Shown piece by piece: positions 39,262-48,010 of a stretch of 64,000 nucleotides of DNA. Made by a program: the position numbers and the translations under genes. A model generated the notes under the pieces. The model worked only from the letters and a program-made list of their open reading frames with translations. It was not told the origin of the DNA and made no database searches. The first letter of the stretch is position 1; each line of letters opens with the position of its first letter. The DNA comes from an uncultured Pseudomonadales bacterium (GTDB lineage Bacteria; Patescibacteriota; Microgenomatia; UBA1400; PJMF01): positions 193,841 through 257,840 of the forward strand of contig CAZWKL010000001.1 in NCBI GenBank assembly GCA_964633875.1. The letters are read 5' to 3'.

Positions 39262-40256
39262 GCCGCTTTCAAAAGAGAAGAAAAATAGGTTATTGTTGGT
39301 TTCAAGCCGTCCTGAAAACTGGTTTGCGGCTCCCACTCGAGTATCTTTTTAGCCTTGCTGATATCCGGCCGCCGCCGGGTGGGATCGTCCGCCGGCAGTT
39401 TTTGGTACTCCAGTTTTGGCTCCCCGGCTTCCGGTCGAACAACTTGGTGCACTTCTGCAACCGTTTGCAAAACCGTATACTCATCAGCATTACCAATATT
39501 GATAGTTTCGCCCTTCAAACCCTCAAGCGCAGCCAGGCGCAGAATTCCTTCCACTTCATCATCAATAAAACAGTAGGAACGGGTCTGGCTGCCATCGCCA
39601 AAAATAGTGTAGGCTTCCTGGTTTAAGGCCTGGTTGATCAGGTTAGGAATGACCCGGCCATCCAAGGGATCCATCCGTGGGCCGTAAGTGTTGAAAATCC
39701 GCACAATCCTAATATCCATCTTAAAATCCCGCTCATGCACGCCGCAAATAGTTTCACCCATCCGCTTGCTTTCGTCATAGCAGGAACGCTCACCGTTGGG
39801 ATTAACATTGCCCCAATAGCTTTCTTTTTGCGGATGCTCCAGCGGATCACCATAAATTTCCGAAGTGCTGGCAAAAACAAAGCGTGCCTGCGGATTGGTG
39901 GAGCGCAAGTACTGCAACAAGTTGTGAGTGCCGACGGTGTTCACCAAGTAGGTTGCTACCGGCTCAGCCTGATATCGAGGCGGGCTGGCAGGGGAAGCAA
40001 AATGCAAAACCGCATCAAGCTTCAACTTTCCAGGCAGGTATGAGTCAGCCTGCGTTATTACATCGGCCTCAATAAAAGTAAAGTTCTCGCTCTCAATATG
40101 TGCCAGGTTTTCCCTGCGACCGGTCATAAAATTATCCACCCCCACCACTCGCGCCCCCAGCGCCAACAAACGGTCGCAAAGATGCGAACCAATAAACCCG
40201 GCGGCTCCGGTCACTAACACTGTTTTATCGGTAAAATATGAAAGACTGTGATGCAT
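39258..40256 (-). CDS. uxs: UDP-glucuronate decarboxylase (UDP-xylose synthase, UXS/ArnA-decarboxylase-like SDR)
   Basis: VLVTGAAGFIGSHLCDRLL..G..VVGVDNFMTGRREN, catalytic YDESKRMGE, RIFNTYGPRM. These signatures match the UXS family closely. Confidence 0.85.
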   Translation of the reverse strand: MHHSLSYFTDKTVLVTGAAGFIGSHLCDRLLALGARVVGVDNFMTGRRENLAHIESENFTFIEADVITQADSYLPGKLKLDAVLHFASPASPPRYQAEPVATYLVNTVGTHNLLQYLRSTNPQARFVFASTSEIYGDPLEHPQKESYWGNVNPNGERSCYDESKRMGETICGVHERDFKMDIRIVRIFNTYGPRMDPLDGRVIPNLINQALNQEAYTIFGDGSQTRSYCFIDDEVEGILRLAALEGLKGETINIGNADEYTVLQTVAEVHQVVRPEAGEPKLEYQKLPADDPTRRRPDISKAKKILEWEPQTSFQDGLKPTITYFSSLLKAA

Positions 40257-40351
40257 AAGGCAGATTAACTAGATAGCTTTTAAAAAATCAGCAATCAAGG
40301 TATGATTATATGGTTAAATTGAACTTAGCACAACACGCTTGAAATAAGTGT

Positions 40352-41872
40352 ATGAATAAATTCTGGCTTCTTTGGAGAAATTATCAACAATACTTGCCGC
40401 CCGCCATCATTTTATTAGTAGCTCTAATACTTAGATTGCCGTTGCTCAACGGCTCATTTTGGCTGGATGAAGCGGCACAAGCGCTTGAGTCCGCCCGGCC
40501 ACTCTCAGCCCAGCTCGATATCATTCCCGATTTTCAACCACCACTATTACATCTCATCACTCATTTTGCGCTTTATGTTTCTAGCGCCGAGTGGTGGCTC
40601 AGAACCATTGGCGCTCTTATTCCTGGACTAATCACTGTTTGGGCCACTTTTGAACTTGGCAAAAAACTGGCCGGTGGCTTTGCCGGTTCGATTGCCGCTT
40701 TGCTGCTGGCTACCAACTCTTTTCATATTTTTTATTCCCAAGAACTCAGACCTTATTCGTTAGCAACCATGTTCGCACTGCTGGGTTGGCTGATTCTAGC
40801 CAACTGGAAGAAGTACCGGCCCAAAAACAGAGTGCTGGGACTAAGCGTTGTCACCGCCCTGGGACTATATTCGAGCTACCTTTATCCTTTTGTAGTTTTT
40901 TCCCAGGCCCTCTACTGTTTTATTTTTAAGAAAAAATTTCATCAACAATTTGTTACTGCCTTCAGCTTTGGCGCTTTGGCTTTTTTGCCTTGGTTGCCTA
41001 CTTTTTTGCGACAACTTGAAGCAGGTCAGTATCTGCGCCAAGTTATACCAGGGTGGGAAACGGTGGTGAGTTTGTCACAGCTAAAAGCTCTACCTTTAAC
41101 TTTGGGCAAGTTTCTTTATGGAATTATCAACATTGATTTTACTCCGGCCTATATTATTCCCACGCTCATGATCTCGAGCTTGCTGGCAATGCTGTTAGCT
41201 TCCGATTACCTAACTAACCGCACCAAAACCAGAAAATATTTCAAGATCATGACTGTCTGGATACTTTTTCCGCTACTCACTGCTTGGACAATTTCTTTTG
41301 TTGTTCCCGTCATCAGCCCCAAGCGCATCCTGTTTTTACTACCTCTCATGTACCTTTATATCGCTATTGTTGTCGGTCCATATTTGCAAGATAAAGCTAC
41401 TAGTTTGAGAGGAGGCTTGGCGGTGTTAGTAATAATTATTCTGGCTCTCATCAACATGGGTGGCGTCATGCAATATTATTCGCAGCCAAGCTTGCAGCGC
41501 GAAAACTGGCGCCAACTCTACCGGCAAATGTCAATTCAATATCCAGCCGATACTAGTGTTGCGGTTTATTCCTTCCCGGAGCCTTTTGCGCCGATGCGCT
41601 GGTATGACACTCAAAATTATCCGGCAATCACTACTGGAGAATTGCATGTCGATCGGGTAAAAAACCTGCCTGGGCAGCTTAAAAACATCACCAATTATAG
41701 ATATGTTTTGGTTTTTGATTACCTCATGGATCTGACTGATCCTCAACGAAAAGTACTCGCGGTGATTCGTGATTTCGGCTATCATGAAGTTGACCAGTTG
41801 GATTATCCCAACATCGGTTTTGTCAGGGTTTTTACTCAAAGCGAAACCGTAACCGCGCAATTATCAAACTAA
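40352..41872 (+). CDS. ArnT-like GT-C membrane glycosyltransferase (GT39/GT83)
   Basis: LRLPLLNGSFWLDEAAQAL is the loop-1 DE motif. About 11 TM helices plus a C-terminal soluble domain. Confidence 0.65.
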   Translation: MNKFWLLWRNYQQYLPPAIILLVALILRLPLLNGSFWLDEAAQALESARPLSAQLDIIPDFQPPLLHLITHFALYVSSAEWWLRTIGALIPGLITVWATFELGKKLAGGFAGSIAALLLATNSFHIFYSQELRPYSLATMFALLGWLILANWKKYRPKNRVLGLSVVTALGLYSSYLYPFVVFSQALYCFIFKKKFHQQFVTAFSFGALAFLPWLPTFLRQLEAGQYLRQVIPGWETVVSLSQLKALPLTLGKFLYGIINIDFTPAYIIPTLMISSLLAMLLASDYLTNRTKTRKYFKIMTVWILFPLLTAWTISFVVPVISPKRILFLLPLMYLYIAIVVGPYLQDKATSLRGGLAVLVIIILALINMGGVMQYYSQPSLQRENWRQLYRQMSIQYPADTSVAVYSFPEPFAPMRWYDTQNYPAITTGELHVDRVKNLPGQLKNITNYRYVLVFDYLMDLTDPQRKVLAVIRDFGYHEVDQLDYPNIGFVRVFTQSETVTAQLSN

Positions 41873-41884
41873 CCGGAAAGTCTT

Positions 41885-43030
41885 ATGCGCCTGGGTATTG
41901 ATATTACTTCGATTTTGTATCAGCGGGGAGTATCGCGCTATACCAATAATTTAGTGCGGGCTTTGGCTCAAGAAAAGAACTTAGAGCTGAATTTGTTTGG
42001 CTCTTCGCTCAGGCAATACAGCCAACTCAACAACATTGCTGATGACATTCTTGACTTAACTGAAAATGGTAAAAAAAGGATTTTCCGCCTACCTCCGACT
42101 GCTTTAGCTAAACTTTGGCGTTTTGGTCAAAAGAAAATTCATCCGGAAATGCCTGGTATTGAGGTTTTTCATTCCTGGGATTGGCTCCAGCCGCCAGATC
42201 AAACTTTTCCTCTGGTTTCTACTGTTCACGATTTGGCTTTGTTGAAGTTTCCTGAAACGGCCCACTCAAAGATCAAAAAAATGCATCAGCGTTCTTGGGA
42301 AGTGCTGAAAAAAAGACAGTCCCACCTGATCGCGGTCAGCCGCAGCACTAAAAAAGATCTTGTTGAGTTGCTTGGCTACCCGCCGTATTTGGTTCATGTC
42401 ATTTATGAAGCTTTGCCGCGCGAGTACCGCCAGGTTTCTGATAGTCTTGATGAAGAAAAGTATGAAGTCATTAAATCTCGACTTGAACTGAACAAGCCTT
42501 ATGTTTTTTTTGTTGGCACCAGAGAGCCGCGCAAAAATCTGGTGAGGCTGATTCAAGCCTGGGAACCGTTACACCAAGACGTTGCTTTGGTTATCGCCGG
42601 CGAGAGCGGCTGGGACGAAACCGAGGAATTCAATTCTGAAAAAATGCGCCAGAAAGGACTGAGGTTTCTGGACAAAGTCAGCGATGAAGAATTGGCCGTG
42701 CTTTACGCCGAAGCCCAAGTTTTTGCTTATCCGTCTTTGTATGAAGGTTTTGGCCTACCCATTTTGGAAGCTTTCCATGAAGGCACACCCGTGATCACCA
42801 GCAATAACTCAGGAATGCTGGAGGTGGCTGGCAATGCGGCCGAACTAATTGATCCCTACGAAGTAGCCAGTATCCGCCAAGGTTTGGAAAAAATCCTCAG
42901 CGAAAGTACGGCCGAGCAACAAAAACGCTTGCAACGGATGATTATTAGATTACAAATGTTTGGTTGGGACAGGGTAGCCAAAGAAACTCTCGAGGTGTAT
43001 AAACAAGCTATCACGGATTTTAATGAATAA
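41885..43030 (+). CDS. Glycosyltransferase family 4
   Basis: C-terminal PSLYEGFGLPILEAFHEGTPVI. Confidence 0.8.
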   Translation: MRLGIDITSILYQRGVSRYTNNLVRALAQEKNLELNLFGSSLRQYSQLNNIADDILDLTENGKKRIFRLPPTALAKLWRFGQKKIHPEMPGIEVFHSWDWLQPPDQTFPLVSTVHDLALLKFPETAHSKIKKMHQRSWEVLKKRQSHLIAVSRSTKKDLVELLGYPPYLVHVIYEALPREYRQVSDSLDEEKYEVIKSRLELNKPYVFFVGTREPRKNLVRLIQAWEPLHQDVALVIAGESGWDETEEFNSEKMRQKGLRFLDKVSDEELAVLYAEAQVFAYPSLYEGFGLPILEAFHEGTPVITSNNSGMLEVAGNAAELIDPYEVASIRQGLEKILSESTAEQQKRLQRMIIRLQMFGWDRVAKETLEVYKQAITDFNE

Positions 43031-44228
43031 GCCAAAAACCATTCACATCGCCCTTGATGGCAACGAAGCCAATATTACTGATCGCGTCGGCAGCAATGTT
43101 TATGCTTTTGAAATTTTGTCTGCTCTCGAGAAAATCACCAGAAACAAACCAGACGTGCAATTTTCCGTGCTGCTGCGCTCAGAGCCAATTACTGACTTAC
43201 CAACAGCCCGTGCCGGCTGGGAATACCAAATTTTTGGTCCGGCCAAGCTCTGGACTCAATGGGCGCTGCCACTGCACTTGTTTATGCATCGCCAGAAGTA
43301 CGATCTTTTGTTCAGTCCCGGTCACTACACACCGCAACTCTGTCCTGTACCCTATGTTTCCTCGGTAATGGATACCGCTTATCTGGAATACCCTCAGTAT
43401 TTCCAGCAAAAAGACTTGTTGCAACTGACTAAATGGACGGAAAGAGCCGTGAAGCACGCGGCTAAAGTGGTGGCCATCAGCGAGCAAACCAAAAAATCGG
43501 TCATTAAACATTACCACCGCTCTCCCAATGATGTCGTAGTGGCCTATCCGGCTTTCACCGGTCAAAATCTGGCGCTCAATTATCAGGAAACCAAAGCATT
43601 TTTTAAACGCCATACCATTTCCGAGCCTTACCTGCTTTTTGTCGGCACCCTTCAGCCCAGAAAAAACATTGTCACCTTAATTGAGGCTTTTGAAATTTTT
43701 AGCCGCATGGTGGCGGGCCGGGCTTTGAAATCCAGACGGTCTAAGCGCAAAACCACCCGACTCAAGCCTGCTAAGCTGGTGTTGGCGGGCAAAGTGGGTT
43801 GGCTGGCTGATGATATTCTTGAGCGTATTGAAAGCTCACCTGTCAAAAAACGGATCATTCGCACCGGCTTCATCAGTCAAGCAGAGAAGGGCACTTTGTA
43901 CAAAAATGCTTTCGCCAGTATTTTAGTAGGCTTGTATGAAGGTTTCGGCATTCCGCCTCTGGAATCTTTAACCTGGCAGACCCCCCCCATTGTTTCCAAC
44001 ACCAGCAGTTTGCCTGAGGTAGTTGGCAAAGCCGGTTTGACCGCCCACCCGCTTAATCCACAACAAATCGCTGAGCAAATTTGGCAAGCTTACACCATGA
44101 ACAACTCCCAAAAAGCCAGTTTCCGGCGCAAAGCCCGCGAACAACTCAAAAAATTTTCCTGGGAAAAATCAGCAGCAACCATTCTTGACACGCTGGAGGA
44201 TCTCGCCCGTCATCAGTCACAGCACTAA
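43023..44228 (+). CDS. Glycosyltransferase family 4 (with a basic insert RRSKRKTTRLK)
   Basis: GT-B with FVGTLQPRKN and a C-terminal YEGFGIPPLES motif. Confidence 0.8.
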   Translation: MNKPKTIHIALDGNEANITDRVGSNVYAFEILSALEKITRNKPDVQFSVLLRSEPITDLPTARAGWEYQIFGPAKLWTQWALPLHLFMHRQKYDLLFSPGHYTPQLCPVPYVSSVMDTAYLEYPQYFQQKDLLQLTKWTERAVKHAAKVVAISEQTKKSVIKHYHRSPNDVVVAYPAFTGQNLALNYQETKAFFKRHTISEPYLLFVGTLQPRKNIVTLIEAFEIFSRMVAGRALKSRRSKRKTTRLKPAKLVLAGKVGWLADDILERIESSPVKKRIIRTGFISQAEKGTLYKNAFASILVGLYEGFGIPPLESLTWQTPPIVSNTSSLPEVVGKAGLTAHPLNPQQIAEQIWQAYTMNNSQKASFRRKAREQLKKFSWEKSAATILDTLEDLARHQSQH

Positions 44229-44231
44229 ATT

Positions 44232-44768
44232 ATGAAAACCAACACCACCGTCATTAGCATTGACCCGGGCTTTGACCGGGTGGGTTGGGCAGTCGGCAGG
44301 ATCAGCGGTAATAATTATACTTTGGTAGCGGCCGGCTGCCTGGAAACCAACAAAAAAACCGCCATTTTTGACCGCTATGGCGAGATTTTACAAGGCTTGG
44401 AAGAGATTTTAAGCCAGCACACTCCCCTTGAAGCTGCCATCGAAACTCTTTATTTTTCCAAAAATCGCAAAACCGCTATTCGCGTTAGTGAAGCCAGAGG
44501 CCTGATCATTGGTGCGCTGATGAAACATCAACTGAGTATTTTTGAGTACCATCCTGGTGAAGTTAAGCTCGCTGTCACCGGTTATGGTAATGCTGACAAG
44601 CCAGCCATAGCCAAAATGGTTCGTCTGCAGACCAATCTCAACCATGACAAACTCATCGACGACGCCATCGACGCGATTGCTGTTGGTATGACTCACGCCA
44701 TCACTGCCGGCATGCGCCAGGCTACGGAACAGACCAAAGCAACACTCAACAAAGCCCGAAGTTCATAG
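44232..44768 (+). CDS. ruvC: Holliday junction resolvase RuvC
   Basis: ISIDPGFDRVGWAV...YGNADK, RNase-H-like RuvC catalytic residues. Confidence 0.85.
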   Translation: MKTNTTVISIDPGFDRVGWAVGRISGNNYTLVAAGCLETNKKTAIFDRYGEILQGLEEILSQHTPLEAAIETLYFSKNRKTAIRVSEARGLIIGALMKHQLSIFEYHPGEVKLAVTGYGNADKPAIAKMVRLQTNLNHDKLIDDAIDAIAVGMTHAITAGMRQATEQTKATLNKARSS

Positions 44769-44780
44769 TATGCTCAACTT

Positions 44781-45359
44781 ATGTTTGCTTTAATTACGGG
44801 AAAACCTCTTATTTTCAAAGATCAACTGATTCTTGATGTTAATGGGGTTGGTTATGATATTCAGGCCAGCAACGCCACTCTTCAACACTGCGCCAACCAA
44901 GATGAAGTTTCTTTACACATTTATACTCATGTTCGTGAAGACAGAATTGAGCTGTATGGCTTTGTTCAGCCACAAGAAAAGGAGTTGTTTGAGCTGCTCA
45001 TCGATGTGTCCGGGGTTGGTCCCAAGACTGCCTTGAGCATTACTGAAAAGGGTAGTGCCGCTTTGGTAGAAGCCGTGCAGCAAGCCAATGTTGCCTTTTT
45101 TAATAAAGTACCTCGAGTGGGTAAAAAATCTGCTCAAAAAATTATTATTGAGCTGAAAACCAAGTTGGGTGGGCTGAAGGACCTGGATCTCAAGCCTCTC
45201 TCCAGCAAAGAGTGGGAAATTAGCGAGGCGCTTCAATCTCTGGGTTTTTCCGAAAGTGACAGCGAGATGGTTTTAAAACAACTGGACGTGGAGGAGTTGG
45301 CTCTTGAAGAAGCCGTACAAAAGGCGATACAGTTAATGGGCAAAAGGCAGTATGAATAG
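44781..45359 (+). CDS. ruvA: Holliday junction branch-migration protein RuvA
   Basis: MFALITGKP....VNGVGYDIQ...GVGPKTAL (HhH), immediately upstream of ruvB. Confidence 0.8.
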   Translation: MFALITGKPLIFKDQLILDVNGVGYDIQASNATLQHCANQDEVSLHIYTHVREDRIELYGFVQPQEKELFELLIDVSGVGPKTALSITEKGSAALVEAVQQANVAFFNKVPRVGKKSAQKIIIELKTKLGGLKDLDLKPLSSKEWEISEALQSLGFSESDSEMVLKQLDVEELALEEAVQKAIQLMGKRQYE

Positions 45360-46362
45360 CATCAACAACAACTTAGTCGATGAGTCCAACAATGAAGAAG
45401 AACTACTGTTCACTTCTCTTAGGGCTTCTGATTGGGGAGAGTTTCGAGGTCAAGAACAAATTAAACAATCGCTGCAAATTGCTATTCAAGCCGCCCGTGG
45501 GCGCCAGGAGTCTTTAGATCATATTTTGTTTTATGGCCCGCCAGGACTCGGCAAAACTACCCTCTCTCACCTGATTGCCAAGGAACTTGATGTCAATATT
45601 CGCATCACCTCGGGCACTGCTCTCACCAAAACCGGCGATTTAGCCGCTATTCTCACCAACCTCAGCCCGGGCGACATCTTGTTTGTAGATGAAATTCACC
45701 GCCTGCCCAAAAATGTCGAAGAAACCCTTTATCCGGCTATGGAAGATTTTGCCCTGGATATTGTGATTGGTAAAGGTCCCTCGGCGCGAACGATCAGGCT
45801 TGATTTGCCCAAGTTTACTTTAGTTGGGGCTACTACCAGGTTTGGTTTGTTGACTGGGCCGTTTCGCGACCGTTTTGGCCTGACCCACCGGCTCGAATAC
45901 TACGACCCCGATATCCTGGCAGTAATTTTGCACAAAGCGGCAGAAAAACTCAGTATCAATTTGGAAGAACAGGCAGCTTTAGAAATTTCCAGACGCTCTC
46001 GCGGCACTCCCCGGATTGCCCTCAAATTGCTCAAGCGCGTGCGTGATTACGTGCAAGTAGGCGGCCGTGACGCTATTGAGCCTCAAGACGTAGTTTCAGC
46101 CCTAAAAATGTTTGCCATTGATGAAAGAGGCTTGAATGAGTCCGACCGCAAGCTAATTTTGCAAATCATCGAAAAACATCGAGGTGGCCCGGTGGGAATT
46201 TCTACTATTGCTGCTACCCTCAACGAAGACGCACTCACTATTGAAGAAGTTTTTGAGCCCTACCTGCTCCAGATTGGTATTCTCAAACGTACGCCCAAAG
46301 GCAGGATGATTACCAAAGCCGGCTACGAGCATCTGGGTCTCAACTACCCCCATACCGAGTAA
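45352..46362 (+). CDS. ruvB: Holliday junction ATP-dependent DNA helicase RuvB
   Basis: Walker A GPPGLGKTTL, Walker B ILFVDEIHRL, sensor and arginine finger GATTRFGLLTGPFRDRFG. Confidence 0.9.
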   Translation: MNSINNNLVDESNNEEELLFTSLRASDWGEFRGQEQIKQSLQIAIQAARGRQESLDHILFYGPPGLGKTTLSHLIAKELDVNIRITSGTALTKTGDLAAILTNLSPGDILFVDEIHRLPKNVEETLYPAMEDFALDIVIGKGPSARTIRLDLPKFTLVGATTRFGLLTGPFRDRFGLTHRLEYYDPDILAVILHKAAEKLSINLEEQAALEISRRSRGTPRIALKLLKRVRDYVQVGGRDAIEPQDVVSALKMFAIDERGLNESDRKLILQIIEKHRGGPVGISTIAATLNEDALTIEEVFEPYLLQIGILKRTPKGRMITKAGYEHLGLNYPHTE

Positions 46363-46381
46363 ATTCTGTTAGAATAAGGAT

Positions 46382-46990
46382 ATGAAGACTTCCAATACCG
46401 GCCGCACCTCCCTGAGTGAAAAAATTATCAACCGCCTGATTACTCTTTGGCTAGAGTTGGTCACCGGCTTTCTGTGGTGGTTGGTGGGTGAAATTCCCTC
46501 TCATACTTTTCGTAAATTTTTCTACCGCCTGGCCGGGATGAAAATTGGCAAAGGTAGTACTTTGCACATGCGAGCCAGAATTTTTGATCCCCGCCACATT
46601 GCAATCGGGAAAGACACCATCGTTGGTGAGCGGGCCACTTTAGATGGTCGCCAACAGCTCAAAAACTCTGAGGGTGGCCTGGAAATTGGTAGCCATGTCG
46701 ATATCGCCTCCGAAGTAATGATCTGGACCAGCCAACATGATCTGGCCGACCCAAACCTTAAACCCATAGAAGCAAAAGTGAGCATTGGTGATTATGTTTT
46801 TATTGGCCCGCGTGCCATCATTCTTCCTGGAGTGAAGATTGGTAAAGGCGCGGTGGTGGCAGCTGGCGCGGTGGTTACCAAAAACGTACCTGACTTTACC
46901 ATGGTAGCCGGAGTGCCCGCGGCTAAAATCGGCATGCGCCGGAATCAAAATCCAAATTACACCCTAGGCAGAGCCAGGTTGTTTCAATAA
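46382..46990 (+). CDS. Left-handed beta-helix (hexapeptide-repeat) acyl/acetyltransferase (WcaF/sugar O-acetyltransferase-like)
   Basis: Hexapeptide repeats IGKGSTL../IGKDTIV../IGDYVFI../IGKGAVV and a VPA.KIG end. Confidence 0.75.
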   Translation: MKTSNTGRTSLSEKIINRLITLWLELVTGFLWWLVGEIPSHTFRKFFYRLAGMKIGKGSTLHMRARIFDPRHIAIGKDTIVGERATLDGRQQLKNSEGGLEIGSHVDIASEVMIWTSQHDLADPNLKPIEAKVSIGDYVFIGPRAIILPGVKIGKGAVVAAGAVVTKNVPDFTMVAGVPAAKIGMRRNQNPNYTLGRARLFQ

Positions 46991-46999
46991 ACTAAAATT

Positions 47000-48007
47000 A
47001 TGGCTAAGCAAGAGACGCTTCTCACCATTATTGTTGTTTCGTACAACACCAAAGACTTGACGCTCCAAGCGCTTTACTCAGCCATTCAAGATATTCTGGC
47101 TTCTCCCGAATTAGCAGAAAAATGCGAAATTATTGTTATAGATAATAATTCCAAGGACGACTCCGTCGCCGCCTTGAAAAAATTTGCTAAAACCAGCTCG
47201 GTGCCGATCAAAATCATCACCAACTCAAGAAATCTGGGATTTTCAGCCGCTAATAATCAAGGCATTGATCAAGCTGCTGGCGAGTACCTGCTGCTGCTGA
47301 ACTCAGACACGCTGGTACAAGCCGGCGCGCTGCAAAAAATGGTGATGAGCTTTCAGGAAATTCAGCGGGCCGAAAGCACGGCGGTACTAAGCAGCGAATC
47401 CGGCAAACTTGACAAACTGGGAATTTTGGCCGCTTCTCTCATTAACTGGGACGGCACTTATCAGCCGCAAGGTGGGGACAAACCCGCTCTCTTTTCGATT
47501 TTCACCCACATGTTTTTCTTGGATGATATCCCTTTTCTGGGCCGGTTTTTGCCCTCAACTCAGCATACTGGCAAAAATACCAGGTTCAGCAATCCCGACA
47601 ACGACAAGCTGATTCAAAAATACTGGGTCGGTGGCACAGCCATGATGATTCATCGCGATGTCATTAAAGAAATCGGCAATTTGGACTCCAATATTTTCAT
47701 GTACGGAGAAGACGTGGAATTTTGTATCAGAGCTAAAAAGCATCACTGGGACGTAGCCGAGCATCCCAATGCTAAAATTACTCACTTTTCCAGTGCCAGT
47801 GCCGGCAGCAAAAACGCCATTGTTGGTGAATTCAAGGGCTATTATTACATCTGGTCAAAACACCTGCCTTTGTGGCAACTGCCAATGCTGCGACTGATCC
47901 TGCAAGCCGGCGCTCTCCTGAGAAAATTTATCTTTGGTACAATGATGAAGGACGAAGCGCGGGCGGCGATTTACACCGAAGCCATGCAGGCGCTGCCTAA
48001 GAAATAA
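47000..48007 (+). CDS. Glycosyltransferase family 2 (WbbL-like)
   Basis: LTIIVVSYNTKDL...IIVIDNNSKDD...NSDT...YGEDVEFC. Confidence 0.8.
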   Translation: MAKQETLLTIIVVSYNTKDLTLQALYSAIQDILASPELAEKCEIIVIDNNSKDDSVAALKKFAKTSSVPIKIITNSRNLGFSAANNQGIDQAAGEYLLLLNSDTLVQAGALQKMVMSFQEIQRAESTAVLSSESGKLDKLGILAASLINWDGTYQPQGGDKPALFSIFTHMFFLDDIPFLGRFLPSTQHTGKNTRFSNPDNDKLIQKYWVGGTAMMIHRDVIKEIGNLDSNIFMYGEDVEFCIRAKKHHWDVAEHPNAKITHFSSASAGSKNAIVGEFKGYYYIWSKHLPLWQLPMLRLILQAGALLRKFIFGTMMKDEARAAIYTEAMQALPKK

Positions 48008-48010
48008 AAT

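Noticed and set aside
43197-43613. A 138-aa antisense ORF within the GT4 gene at 43023-44228.
   Set aside because: It is a shadow ORF of a well-supported GT4.
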